The translations under genes were made by a program, and so were the position numbers. From Nanobdellati archaeon (lineage in GTDB: Archaea > Nanobdellota > Nanobdellia > Woesearchaeales > GCA-2686295), in NCBI GenBank assembly GCA_014384375.1, contig JACNFY010000034.1:1674-65673 (forward strand): 64,000 nucleotides of DNA. The letters are read 5' to 3'. This document shows, in pieces, positions 38,630 through 48,799 of this stretch. Position 1 is the first letter of the stretch. The number at the start of each line of letters is the position of its first letter. A model generated the notes under the pieces. That model was not told where the DNA came from. It did not search any database and was given only the letters and a program-made list of their open reading frames with translations.

Positions 38630-39415
38630 TTATCTTTCTAACAGGTTTATTCTGAAGAATTCAACTACTTTTTTCGTCGCTGTGTCCAGTCCTCCTAGAG
38701 TGTTTGTGTATTGGTGATTTTCTCCTTCTACTGCTAGTGTTTCTGCGTGTCTTGCAAGGTCTTTTATTGCTTCTCCTTCTGTAGCGTCTTCTGGATTACC
38801 TGTTCCGTATACTATTAATAGTGGCGCCTTTATTTTTCTGATTGCTTTCTTTAGTTTCTTGTTGTGTTTGAAGTTTTCTTCGAAGAATTCCTTGCTTATC
38901 TTCCACTCGACATCGTTGCTGTCTTTGTGGGTGAAGTATCCTTTCTCCTGTGCTTCTTGATGCAATGGATGGTCGCTATAGGCTTCTCCTAGTTCAATCT
39001 TTGGTGAGAGAGTTGCTACTGCCCTTATCTTCTTGCTCTCATGAGCTATTAGTAGTAGAATAGTTCCTCCGAATGAGTGTCCTACAGCTCCTATTCTCTT
39101 CTTATCGACTCTTTTGTCGTCTAGTAGGTATTCTATGATTTTCTTTAAGTCATGTTCCTCTGATTTTATGTGAAAGCTCGCTATATCTTCATCTACATTC
39201 ATTGTGAAGTTGAATCTCACTGTTAGAAAACCATCGCTTGCTAGTCTATTGCTTATGCTTCTATAGATTGGGTGGCTGTCCACTGGGTATACAGGGTTGG
39301 CTGTTAATCCATGACATATTATTACAGTTGGGAATGGTCCTTTCCTTTGGGGTATCTCTAGGAATGCTCTTATGTTGTGGAAGTATCCCCCATCTATATC
39401 AAGTTCCTCAATCAT
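38630..39415 (-). CDS. alpha/beta hydrolase (dienelactone hydrolase/S9-like)
   Basis: ICHGLTANP and a GHSFGG nucleophile elbow. Confidence 0.6.
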   Translation of the reverse strand: MIEELDIDGGYFHNIRAFLEIPQRKGPFPTVIICHGLTANPVYPVDSHPIYRSISNRLASDGFLTVRFNFTMNVDEDIASFHIKSEEHDLKKIIEYLLDDKRVDKKRIGAVGHSFGGTILLLIAHESKKIRAVATLSPKIELGEAYSDHPLHQEAQEKGYFTHKDSNDVEWKISKEFFEENFKHNKKLKKAIRKIKAPLLIVYGTGNPEDATEGEAIKDLARHAETLAVEGENHQYTNTLGGLDTATKKVVEFFRINLLER

Positions 39416-39950
39416 TTTTCTTTAATCCTAGAATTGATTGTCTTGACTCATGCAAAACTTTGCTATTATTAGCGTCTATTTTTATGTTAATTATGTTCAG
39501 ACTTTGAGTAACTAATGTCAGGTTGTACAGTTCTGTCTCTAAGTGTTGCAGTATAACTATTGTCTTGGTAACAACTTCTGCAGGGTATTTCTTCTTCAAT
39601 AGTTTCTCGCTTATATCTATTGCTTTCTCAAGGTTGATTTTTACTTTCTTCAACTCTAGTTTTTTCACTCTTTCTCCTGGTTTTTTGAAAACCTCTTCTT
39701 CCTGGCTTCTGGTAACGCTCAAAAGTTTTTCTTTTGGCGCGCCAGCAGATTCTCTGCTGTGCGTTTCTTTACCAGCCATGAAAACAACAACCTTGTCCTT
39801 TGTTCGGCTGTAATACCCTGTCTGCCAGTCTTGTTGGATTTTGTCTATTATAGTGAAGGCATGTGCTAAGTAGAAGTCTGGATTTCTATTCTTGAAATCC
39901 TTGAATACTTTAGAGCTTTCAATTTTTTTTACAACTGTTTTTAAGAGCAT
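39408..39950 (-). CDS. hypothetical protein
   Basis: 180-aa ORF overlapping the downstream gene start by 8 nt, with no recognisable motif. Confidence 0.3.
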   Translation of the reverse strand: MLLKTVVKKIESSKVFKDFKNRNPDFYLAHAFTIIDKIQQDWQTGYYSRTKDKVVVFMAGKETHSRESAGAPKEKLLSVTRSQEEEVFKKPGERVKKLELKKVKINLEKAIDISEKLLKKKYPAEVVTKTIVILQHLETELYNLTLVTQSLNIINIKIDANNSKVLHESRQSILGLKKND

Positions 39951-39998
39951 GCTTCTTCTTTGTATATAATTACTATATAAGGGTTTTGGTAGTAAGAA

Positions 39999-40487
39999 CT
40001 AGTTCTTTTTCCACTCACCAACTTCTTTACCCTTCAATAAGCGGTCAAGCATTTCTAACTCTTCATAGATGCCTTCAATCAAATCATAACCCTTTGCTTC
40101 TTCTAGTGTTACCCATGCATGTTTTGTCATGTCAGGACAGAGCTTTACTTCTCCACCAACGTAATCAGCGTAGAAGCTTCCTACTGCGACTGGTATGTTG
40201 TCTGGCCTGATGAATGTCATGCTTGTAAGGTACTTGATGTTCTTTATCTTCAGGTTTGTTTCCTCCATCACTTCCCTTCTCAATAAGTCTTCGAAAACAT
40301 TGTACCAGTGATGACCTGTGTCTTTCTCCCTTTTAGAATAATCCTCAACTTCCAGCTTTCCGCCTGGCACTGTCCACCTGTTTGGGAAAGCCTTTTCATG
40401 TGACGCTCTCTTTGTGATTAAGTATTTTCCATCCTTGATTAGTATTCCTGTAACAACAACATAATGAGCTTTGTTCTCATCCATCAT
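39999..40487 (-). CDS. Nudix hydrolase
   Basis: GGKLEVED...LLRREVMEETNL, a Nudix box-like REVxEETN. Confidence 0.6.
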   Translation of the reverse strand: MMDENKAHYVVVTGILIKDGKYLITKRASHEKAFPNRWTVPGGKLEVEDYSKREKDTGHHWYNVFEDLLRREVMEETNLKIKNIKYLTSMTFIRPDNIPVAVGSFYADYVGGEVKLCPDMTKHAWVTLEEAKGYDLIEGIYEELEMLDRLLKGKEVGEWKKN

Positions 40488-41664
40488 TGCTCCCCCACAT
40501 TTCTATTTCCTCTTTCAAAATTGTTTTTGAATTTTGAAGCTCAGAAATCTTCAATTTCTGTTGTTTTTCTCTTTGTTTCTCTCTTTTCTTTATTAAATCT
40601 TTGGTTCCTTTACCACTTAATCCTGTTTGGGGTGTAGGCAGCAAGGAACCTTCTGTTTTGATTTCCTTTCCTTTCTTAGTTAGTTCATGGAATTTTTTGA
40701 AATCAATCCAAGTATACCACTTATTATTTTTCTTGAACTTCTTCTTTGCAAGCATTACAACCCTTGATGGTATGTGTTCTGAAACAATGTCATAATCTGG
40801 CAGATATTTCAATAATTCTTTTGAGAATGCTACGACATCTTCATGCAGCGGCATGTTGTCTATCTTCAATCTGCTTCTTGATGCTCCTACGAACATGTAT
40901 GCTTTTACTTCAATAAAGTCTGGGTTTCCCTTCTCTATCAGTTTGGCATAGTTTTCTAGTTCTACATCGTTTAATCCTTTTATGATTGTCAACCTGATAC
41001 AGGTTCTGTACTTCTTATCTGCCATGTATTGCAAGCTTTTGTTTAATCTCTCCCAGTAATCCTTGAATAATGGAACATCGATTTTTTTCAACAATTCCTT
41101 GTTAGGCGCGTCTAGGCTTATGTATAGCTGTGTAACTGGTTCTAAGTCTTTTATCTGGTCTGGGTATTGCGCATTTGTAACCAAAAATGTTGATATTCCT
41201 CTTTCATGGAAGAGTTTTATTATTTCATTCATCTTTGGGTATATTATTGGTTCGCCTGTTAATGATAATGCAACATGCTTAACTGTGTGTGAGGTTTTGA
41301 AGAGCTTCATGTTTGCTTCTTTATTGCCTTTAAAACCAACCAAAAGTTTATGATGCGCTTTCTCGCTTTCTTCTAATATCATCTTTGGATCATCTACTTC
41401 CCACTTCCATTCTTTTGATACTGGTGCTTTGTATCCTCTCCAACAGAAAGTGCATCGATTGGCACAGCTGATGCTGGTTGTCATCTGCATACATTGGTTG
41501 CTCATTATGCCGTAGAACTTTAGTTTGTAGCAGCCTCCTTCTCCTCTTATCATGTTCTTTGTCCATCCGCAGATCTTCACAGCGCTGTGGCTTCCTACTA
41601 CTCTATACGCTTGCTTTTCTAATTCTTCAATATATTTTTTATCAGACAGTTGTTTTAGCGACAT
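40477..41664 (-). CDS. taw1: tRNA 4-demethylwyosine synthase (Taw1/Tyw1 radical SAM) with Lys-rich C-terminal extension
   Basis: ISCANRCTFCWRG is the Tyw1-type CxxxCxFCWR motif. A second N-terminal Cys set (AVKICGW...CYKLKFYGI) is present, and the C-terminal ~60 aa are K/E-rich. Confidence 0.65.
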   Translation of the reverse strand: MSLKQLSDKKYIEELEKQAYRVVGSHSAVKICGWTKNMIRGEGGCYKLKFYGIMSNQCMQMTTSISCANRCTFCWRGYKAPVSKEWKWEVDDPKMILEESEKAHHKLLVGFKGNKEANMKLFKTSHTVKHVALSLTGEPIIYPKMNEIIKLFHERGISTFLVTNAQYPDQIKDLEPVTQLYISLDAPNKELLKKIDVPLFKDYWERLNKSLQYMADKKYRTCIRLTIIKGLNDVELENYAKLIEKGNPDFIEVKAYMFVGASRSRLKIDNMPLHEDVVAFSKELLKYLPDYDIVSEHIPSRVVMLAKKKFKKNNKWYTWIDFKKFHELTKKGKEIKTEGSLLPTPQTGLSGKGTKDLIKKREKQREKQQKLKISELQNSKTILKEEIEMWGSNDG

Positions 41665-41697
41665 ATGCTTGAGAAAAAGAATTTGTCTTAAAAAGTT

Positions 41698-42054
41698 TTA
41701 CTTTACAAACTCAACGTTTGGAAGGTCTTTGAAAGCATTGTCTCCTGTTAAGAATTTTATCTTATGTTTCTTTGATAATATATATCCAATTATGTCAACA
41801 TATGAAATATTTTTATTTTTTAGCTTTAACTTCATGGCTTGGAATATGTCTTCATTGTTGATGTCAACAATTGATTCTTCAAACATTTCATAAATTCTCT
41901 CAGGCCCTTGTATTTTGTTTCTCAACATAAATAAGTATAACTCCATTAAATTTAGTTTGCTAGTAACAATATCAAATTGGTCATATTTTTTGTACTTGAC
42001 ATCTCCAAGCACTATTTTTGCAAGAGCATAAGTATCATAAAAATAGACGCTCAT
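41698..42054 (-). CDS. vapC: PIN-domain toxin (VapC)
   Basis: YFYDTYAL (Asp in first strand) and ...KFLTGD (C-terminal Asp), 118 aa. Confidence 0.55.
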   Translation of the reverse strand: MSVYFYDTYALAKIVLGDVKYKKYDQFDIVTSKLNLMELYLFMLRNKIQGPERIYEMFEESIVDINNEDIFQAMKLKLKNKNISYVDIIGYILSKKHKIKFLTGDNAFKDLPNVEFVK

Positions 42055-42280
42055 TATCCCATCCTCTCTTAATTTCTTTCATCTCTTTCTCAACATCTAT
42101 TTTTTTGTTAGTTTTAGCAATTCCAAAAACTCTGTCAAACAGTTTGCCTTTTGCTTTTATATTGACTATTAATTTCTCATTAGTCATTATATGCTCTTTC
42201 TCGACAACTTCTTTAGGAATTGTAATTCCAATAGAGTTGCCCCATTTCCGAGTTATGCATTCGATTTCCATGAGGATCAC
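42035..42280 (-). CDS. vapB: AbrB/SpoVT-type antitoxin (VapB)
   Basis: ITRKWGNSIGITIPKEVV swapped-hairpin motif. It overlaps the PIN gene start. Confidence 0.55.
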   Translation of the reverse strand: MILMEIECITRKWGNSIGITIPKEVVEKEHIMTNEKLIVNIKAKGKLFDRVFGIAKTNKKIDVEKEMKEIKRGWDNERLFL

Positions 42281-42333
42281 CTTTATATAATTATATTTAT
42301 ATATAATTATATCTAATATTTAAATTTTTTTAT

Positions 42334-42921
42334 TTATACCTCTATTATTTCCCCTTCAGGTCCAGGGTTTATTACTAATGTTTTTCCTATCTTGTCTCTC
42401 TTGTTGAATGTTTCGTGAAGGTGTCCGCAGATAACGAGTGCTGGTCTTTCTTTTTTGATAAACTTTGTGAAGCTCTTGTTACCTACATATCCCATTCCAA
42501 GCAAGTCAACCTTTGTACCGTATGGAGGTCCATGAGTTAATAAGACCACTTTCTTATCTTTGATAGTTTTTTTTATCTCATTAGACCATACTTCAAATTC
42601 AGGATCTCTAGTTGCGAATCCTCCACCACCAAAACCAACAAAGATGTAGTCTTCTATCTCAAATGTTTTCTTATGTATGAATTCTACGTTCTTGAAATGC
42701 TGTGATAAGAACTCAACAGTTTCTTCATCTTCATGATTTCCATGTATCAAGAGAACTTTTTTTGAGAGCTTGTTCATCTGTCCCATTATGTACTCTATTT
42801 CATGCTCGAAGATTGTGAAATCGCCAACACAAACTATTATGTCTGCATCTTTTGCTTTCTTAGCTATTACCTTTATATCTTCAGGGCTTCCATGATGGTC
42901 TGCGAATGCTAGTATTTTCAT
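42334..42921 (-). CDS. calcineurin-like metallophosphoesterase (YfcE/MJ0936-like)
   Basis: MKILAFADHHG, VGDFT, HGNHE, GHLHE metal-binding motifs. Confidence 0.65.
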   Translation of the reverse strand: MKILAFADHHGSPEDIKVIAKKAKDADIIVCVGDFTIFEHEIEYIMGQMNKLSKKVLLIHGNHEDEETVEFLSQHFKNVEFIHKKTFEIEDYIFVGFGGGGFATRDPEFEVWSNEIKKTIKDKKVVLLTHGPPYGTKVDLLGMGYVGNKSFTKFIKKERPALVICGHLHETFNKRDKIGKTLVINPGPEGEIIEV

Positions 42922-42964
42922 GTGGTTTGATAGAAAGAGTTTATATTTAAAGATTTAGCTATTT

Positions 42965-43933
42965 TTACACTCTTCTGAATTCTGGTTTTGCTTGAAGAAG
43001 TTCATCTACGCTCATATCTACCAGTTGTCTCAGAAATTCAACTCTTACTTGATATGAAGGATTCATTTTTTGGTTAGATGAAATCTCTGGAGCTCCATTA
43101 AAGACAAAATCTGCTGCAAATAAATCAAGATAAGCACATTTAACTGTTGCTTCAACATCTCCTCCATTAAGAAATTCTTTTAATCTATTATTTGCAACTG
43201 AGTATAACTGGTCTGCCACGCTATCTCTGACATTGTAGAAAGCTTTTCTCCTTGGGAGATCTAGATGAGAAATAAAGAATAGTAGACTATGGACTGGGTG
43301 AGCTAGCCATGGAATTGAATAATCAATAGGTCTTATTGTTTCGTCCTCACAATACAAAAAGTTACTCATTTCAGGATCGAATCTTAGTAGCACTGGATCA
43401 ACTTCTGCCTGACTTAACATTCTTTCAATAATTTTTTTTCTTTTGGGGCTGACTAAATTATCAGAGACTGTGAGAAGTCCTTTTACTGAAGCTAAATAAT
43501 CTTTATCGATAACAGAACCTTCATAGTTTTTTGTTTGTTCGGATGTGTCTTGTGATGATATGGTTCTTAGATGTGATATTTCTTCTACAGGTACTCTTCT
43601 CATATAATCAATTTCTTCCAGCATTAAAGAGATGACTTCATCAAAATCTTCGGCTTCTCCGTTAATAAGAGCTATCTCTAAGTTTGTACTTGGAAAATAT
43701 TCAATATCTAATTCTTTTTTTCCTTCGTCCACTCTTAGAATTCTAGGTTTATTTGGAAACCCTGTTGCTTCTACTACTCTATTAAAGTCAAGCTCAGCTC
43801 TGAAAAATTGTTCTTTTTCAGGAAGGTATTTCTTTCGCAAAACTTTTCCTTGAGAAGTTTCAACAACTTCTATCTCCGTCTTTTGAAGATAATCTGTTAT
43901 ATCAGAATGATGACCTGTTATTGTTTCTGTCAA
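42965..43933 (-). CDS. hypothetical protein
   Basis: 322-aa ORF with no recognisable motif. Its GC is higher than its neighbours. Confidence 0.3.
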   Translation of the reverse strand: MTETITGHHSDITDYLQKTEIEVVETSQGKVLRKKYLPEKEQFFRAELDFNRVVEATGFPNKPRILRVDEGKKELDIEYFPSTNLEIALINGEAEDFDEVISLMLEEIDYMRRVPVEEISHLRTISSQDTSEQTKNYEGSVIDKDYLASVKGLLTVSDNLVSPKRKKIIERMLSQAEVDPVLLRFDPEMSNFLYCEDETIRPIDYSIPWLAHPVHSLLFFISHLDLPRRKAFYNVRDSVADQLYSVANNRLKEFLNGGDVEATVKCAYLDLFAADFVFNGAPEISSNQKMNPSYQVRVEFLRQLVDMSVDELLQAKPEFRRV

Positions 43934-43941
43934 TTTTACCT

Positions 43942-45228
43942 CTATGTGAAAGCTATACTTGTGGGTATTATGGCTTCATTATTTGGTTCAGAACGATATG
44001 TTTTTCTTCCTACACTATTTGAATTTATGCGTTTTATACTTTCAGCTGTTGCTTGGTTTGCAAAGTGTATCACTTGTTCCTCACTTCCAACATAATGAGG
44101 GTTCTGATTGAGGGCTGGGAGTATTGGTGTGTTCATTACAGATCCATCGTTTAGCATATCTTGCATGATATTGGCATATAGGTTCATTCTCTCAACATCT
44201 GTGAAATGCACTGCGCAATCTGCAGCATGTCTTAGGTAAATATTTGCAAATTGACTGGGGTTTGAAGCAAATGTAGCATACAATTCTGGAGACTGACTTC
44301 TTATATGATGCAAAACAGTGCTTATAATATTCTTAGCCATTCTAACACTTCCTTCTGCATCCTGTGAATCTTGAACGACCTCTCCAAGATTGACATCATA
44401 AGCATAGTGTCCATTCGGGAATTTATCTACAAATTGCATTAAATAGGAAACTTCAATGCCATAATGTGTTGGTATGATTAATGATTGCCAGACTTCTTTA
44501 GGGGCTCCACATCCGCCTGATAGTGGGCCATTAAAGTCGCTTATTCCAGGAAACAAACCTAGTTCATCGTCAATTATTTTCATCATTGGTTTAGCTATTG
44601 TTCTGGCATTCACGCTTTTAAGCAATAAGTCACAACTTGCCACTTCTTCCCCGTTTTTTCTGCAAGTATCGATAACTTCGTAGTATGTGTCCTCCAACTC
44701 AAAAGTTGCTTTTGATAGTATTGTTCTAGAGTCTTCAAAAGGGCCTGCCAAACCATACACAAACCTAGGATCTATGTTGTAAAAGTCAGTGTCTAGGAAA
44801 AGAAGAATATCTCCACTAGCAACAGCTATACCAAGATACATTGCACGTCCTTTACCTGGGACTTCACCTAATTTTGGTTTATGTCCGTTGAATGTTGTGG
44901 TGAATCTAGAATCAAATACATTCACTGCTTTGATAGGAAACTTTTGGCCGTTTTTTGATGCACTGTAAATCAAATCTGAAAATGGATGTGTGTTCATGGC
45001 TGATTCCATTGCTGCATCTATTGTTCTATTATCATCCGAACTATCTGCAATAATTATTTCGTCGATACAACCTAAGTTCATTAGATTGGCAATTGTTGGG
45101 AAATAGTTTCCAATAGTTTTATGTTCATCTCTAGCAGGCAGGATTAAGGATATCTTCTTCCCTCTCTTGTTTGTAGGTCTTTCTTCTAGTTCTCTAAAGT
45201 CCTTATAAGTTCTTTGTTCAATTTTCAT
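43942..45228 (-). CDS. GT-A fold glycosyltransferase (GT2/GT81-like; possibly a glycosyl-3-phosphoglycerate-synthase-type enzyme)
   Basis: ISLILPARDEHKTI...IIIADSSDDNRTID and a DTDFYNID (DxD) motif. Confidence 0.4.
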   Translation of the reverse strand: MKIEQRTYKDFRELEERPTNKRGKKISLILPARDEHKTIGNYFPTIANLMNLGCIDEIIIADSSDDNRTIDAAMESAMNTHPFSDLIYSASKNGQKFPIKAVNVFDSRFTTTFNGHKPKLGEVPGKGRAMYLGIAVASGDILLFLDTDFYNIDPRFVYGLAGPFEDSRTILSKATFELEDTYYEVIDTCRKNGEEVASCDLLLKSVNARTIAKPMMKIIDDELGLFPGISDFNGPLSGGCGAPKEVWQSLIIPTHYGIEVSYLMQFVDKFPNGHYAYDVNLGEVVQDSQDAEGSVRMAKNIISTVLHHIRSQSPELYATFASNPSQFANIYLRHAADCAVHFTDVERMNLYANIMQDMLNDGSVMNTPILPALNQNPHYVGSEEQVIHFANQATAESIKRINSNSVGRKTYRSEPNNEAIIPTSIAFT

Positions 45229-45374
45229 CTTTAGAAGATTTTCCTAAAAATCAAAAAAAGTATACTATTTTCACTATTTAGTAACTATTAGGGTTTCCAT
45301 CTATTAAATAATTGTCTTATGAAATTTTGTGGAAATTAACAAACTTTATATATAATTGTTAATTATCTAAAAGT

Positions 45375-46355
45375 ATGAATAAAAGATCTAGAAAAATATT
45401 GTGTGAACTCGACGAGAATGCCAGGTCTAATTTATCAAATATTTCTAAGAGTTGTAGAACAAGTCAGCAAATGGTAAGTTATACGATAAAACAGCTTCTC
45501 AAAAAGAATATTATCCTTGGTTTTTCAACTGTTTTTGATTATAGTAGGTTTGATCTTAACTCATATATAGTTTTATTCAGATTATTCTATAAGAACAAAA
45601 AAGACTTTAATAATTTTATAAATTATCTGAAACACACACCTGAAGTTTCAAAAGTTGAGATTCTTGATGGAAAATGGGATGTCTATGCCATGTTTCTAGC
45701 ACCAAATCCTTCTTATTTTAATAAAATGCTTCACAAAATAAAAGCTGATAACGTAAATCTTATAAGAAATGATATGATAATAACGACAGTGGTTACATAC
45801 TTGTTTACTAGAAATTATCTCCGTGATTACAAAAAAACTGATAAAAAATATGTTATTGTAGGTGGGGATAGAGAAATAACAGGTCTTACAGACAATCAAC
45901 AAAGTGTTTGCAAATTCTTATTAGAGAAACCATTAGCAAGAATCAAGGATATTTCAAAGAAGACAGGGATGAGTTTTCTGACGATAACCAATGCTATAAA
46001 AATTCTTAGCAAGATTGGAGTTATAAGAGGTTTTAAACCAGTAATCAACTTTGAAAATGCAGAAATAATATGCAAAAAGCTTCTAATAAAGTATCAGGGA
46101 GGACCAGTCTTTGAACAAAAAATTGTATCTTATTGCAGACAGCATATGAATGTCATTGACATTGTAAAATCGTTTGGAGAATGGGACTTAATAGTGACAG
46201 TTGAAACAACCAAAAAAGGAGTGTTTAATAACTTTCTGATAGGACTTAGGGAGTTATATGAAGATATAATATCTGATTTTGAGATTGTTGATGTTCTTAA
46301 GACAGAGGCGTTAAGATATCTTCCGAAAAACCATTTTGATGAAGAATCAGAGTAA
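45375..46355 (+). CDS. tandem Lrp/AsnC-type HTH regulator (two HTH+RAM-like modules)
   Basis: KILCELDENARSNLSNISKSCRTSQQMVSYTIKQLLKKNIILGF, then a second copy LTDNQQSVCKFLLEKPLARIKDISKKTGMSFLTITNAIKILSKIGVIRGF. Confidence 0.5.
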   Translation: MNKRSRKILCELDENARSNLSNISKSCRTSQQMVSYTIKQLLKKNIILGFSTVFDYSRFDLNSYIVLFRLFYKNKKDFNNFINYLKHTPEVSKVEILDGKWDVYAMFLAPNPSYFNKMLHKIKADNVNLIRNDMIITTVVTYLFTRNYLRDYKKTDKKYVIVGGDREITGLTDNQQSVCKFLLEKPLARIKDISKKTGMSFLTITNAIKILSKIGVIRGFKPVINFENAEIICKKLLIKYQGGPVFEQKIVSYCRQHMNVIDIVKSFGEWDLIVTVETTKKGVFNNFLIGLRELYEDIISDFEIVDVLKTEALRYLPKNHFDEESE

Positions 46356-46357
46356 TC

Positions 46358-47623
46358 TTATAGTGTGTAGTAATCCTCCAAGATAACCTTGTCGACCTTT
46401 TCTAAGTCTTTCACTCTGTAGAGTTTTCCATCTCCGACTTCTACTATTCTCTTTGCCAGTTTCTCTCCTTTCTTGTCCAACTTTATGCCGATGACTGAGA
46501 TTGTTATGCCTGCGTTTCTTGCAAGAGATGCTGATTTCAAGGTTGCTTCTTCAGGCTCGCTCAAAAGCTTGTCTTTTGGCGCGCCAGTAGCTTTGCTACT
46601 GAGCGTCTTGCCCTTTGTTGGTAGGGCATCTGTTAATAATATCAAGTGCTTGGTTTCTTTTCTTGCTGGAAACAATTCTATTGCTTTCCTTATCGTCTTG
46701 CTAATATCTGTCTCCATCGCAGCTCTTATACTTGTCAAGCTTCTGAGCAAGCTCATGAAGTCATTGGTTGGCTCAACAACATTCTTAATATCAGAGCCAA
46801 AAACTATCAAGCCAACCCTGTTTCTTTCCTGAATCGCTTTGAAAGCAAGTGCAACACCAGCCTTTTTAGCAGTTGCTAGCTTGTCACCTTTCATGCTGCC
46901 AGATGAGTCAAGACCATAAATGATAGAAATTTTTCCCTTGCTGCGTCTGTCAAATATTTTTATATCTTCCTTCAATATTTCTTTATGGTTTCTTCTAATA
47001 GTTGTCTTAATGGTTCTCCTTACAGCAATATCCTTATACCTTGATTTTTGAAAACCACGAGTATCTTCTTTATCACCATGAGCATCCCTTTCTTTCTTTC
47101 TCTTCTCACCAAAACCTTTTGCAATCAATTTATCCAATTCTTCTGTATACATCACTAAAGAACTCAAAAACAATCCATTATCAGTTATCAGATTATCTTT
47201 AGATACTAGTTCCTTCTTCTTCAAGCTTTCAACATTTTTCTCAATGTTCTTTCTTATCTCACGTTGAAATTCAGGTATGTTGATGTTTTTCTCAACATAG
47301 TTTGGAGAATAATTGGTTAATCTGCGAATAATGACTTCGCCATACATTTTATTAGCTAATTTGTAATTATTGACAAGATTCTTCAAAATCAAGTCAGGTG
47401 TGAAAGAACCAAGTCCTTGGTTTATGCTCTCAAGAATTAGCTTTCCATCATCTATCTGTTGCTTGTCACCTTCAAGCACTGAACTCATAAGCTTGTCAAG
47501 TTCGTCTTCCTTCTTCAACTTACCCGCTAGTTCAGTTATTGGCTCAGAACTCTTTACAGAGACCTCTTCATAATCAGCTTCTGACCTGTCAAAGATAACC
47601 ACCCTTGTCGCAAAACTTCTCAA
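46358..47623 (-). CDS. von Willebrand factor A domain protein (MoxR partner)
   Basis: ISIIYGLDSSGSMKGDK MIDAS motif (DxSxS) in the C-terminal half. Confidence 0.55.
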   Translation of the reverse strand: MRSFATRVVIFDRSEADYEEVSVKSSEPITELAGKLKKEDELDKLMSSVLEGDKQQIDDGKLILESINQGLGSFTPDLILKNLVNNYKLANKMYGEVIIRRLTNYSPNYVEKNINIPEFQREIRKNIEKNVESLKKKELVSKDNLITDNGLFLSSLVMYTEELDKLIAKGFGEKRKKERDAHGDKEDTRGFQKSRYKDIAVRRTIKTTIRRNHKEILKEDIKIFDRRSKGKISIIYGLDSSGSMKGDKLATAKKAGVALAFKAIQERNRVGLIVFGSDIKNVVEPTNDFMSLLRSLTSIRAAMETDISKTIRKAIELFPARKETKHLILLTDALPTKGKTLSSKATGAPKDKLLSEPEEATLKSASLARNAGITISVIGIKLDKKGEKLAKRIVEVGDGKLYRVKDLEKVDKVILEDYYTL

Positions 47624-48485
47624 ACTCCTCCTTTACATAGTTTTCAGGCTTCTTCAAATATTTCAAGGACGGCTTCAACCTGATTCTATGACTTAGAACA
47701 GATATTAGAACAGCCTGAACATCATGTATTGAAACAGTTTTTTTACCACTTAACAAGGCATGGGTCTGGGCTCTCTCATACAAACCAATGCTTGCCCTGA
47801 CACTTGGCTTCTTCTCAATGTTTTCATCCTCTCTGAGGTTTCTAATGAACTTCAAGCATCCTTCCAATAGTTTCTCAGGAAAATCAATAACTTTTTTTCC
47901 AGACTTGAAAACTATTTTCTTTTCTATATCCAAGGTTTCAGGGTAATGCATGTAAATAAAGTCAAACCTATCCAAGAACACATCTGACAAAGGCTCTGTG
48001 GAGGTATCCTCAGGATTCATCGTACCGATGAACACAAAATCAGCTTCGAAATCAACTTTATAGCTGCCAATAGTAACCTTTTTCTCCTCCAATGCTTGGA
48101 GCAAAGAGTTCTGCAGCTTTTCAGAGCATCTGTTAATCTCGTCGAAGAACAACACTCCTTTATTGGCTTGGAATATCTTGCCAGGTGTAAAGGCTTCCTT
48201 GCTTGTTGGTCCGAACTTCAAAGCTTTTATTGGGTCGATATCTCCTATCAAATCCTCTGCTGTCAAGTCAGGTGAGCCTTGAACTCTGATAAATGGTGCT
48301 TTCTTACCATTCTGTTTTGGCATTACTTTTGCAACGTTTTTAGCAAGGGTTGTCTTGCCAATACCTGGTGCGCCCACAACAATTACGTTTCGCTCACTTA
48401 GAAGTGCGCTCTTCAGATGTTTTTTTGTGTCTTCTTGTCCTAGAATATCTTCAAAATCTGAACTCATAATTTGCTTAAATTTCAT
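47589..48485 (-). CDS. MoxR-family AAA+ ATPase
   Basis: VIVVGAPGIGKTTLAKNVAKV Walker A, DEINRCSEKLQNSLLQALEE sensor/Walker B region, 298 aa. Confidence 0.65.
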   Translation of the reverse strand: MKFKQIMSSDFEDILGQEDTKKHLKSALLSERNVIVVGAPGIGKTTLAKNVAKVMPKQNGKKAPFIRVQGSPDLTAEDLIGDIDPIKALKFGPTSKEAFTPGKIFQANKGVLFFDEINRCSEKLQNSLLQALEEKKVTIGSYKVDFEADFVFIGTMNPEDTSTEPLSDVFLDRFDFIYMHYPETLDIEKKIVFKSGKKVIDFPEKLLEGCLKFIRNLREDENIEKKPSVRASIGLYERAQTHALLSGKKTVSIHDVQAVLISVLSHRIRLKPSLKYLKKPENYVKEEFEKFCDKGGYL

Positions 48486-48799
48486 AACAATCCCTCCTAT
48501 TGAAAGTCTATAGGGTCAGAGGCATGTTTTGAATATTTATAAAAGTTTGGAATACGAAGAATTCCTAACTTCAAAAACTAGTTTTTGTAACTTTCCCGGA
48601 GAAAAACACTGGACTTTCGGAAGATTTTCATGACGAGAATTCTAAGTACTGGACAAGCACTAGCGTGAGAGATATAAATAAACTGTGTTTAACAAAAAAT
48701 AAAAGAAAAAGCGATCGCCTAAACAGGTATCGCAAATGGCTCAAAACCCTTCGTCAATATAAAAATAAGTTTTTTGTTTATTTATATTTTTCGATTAAT

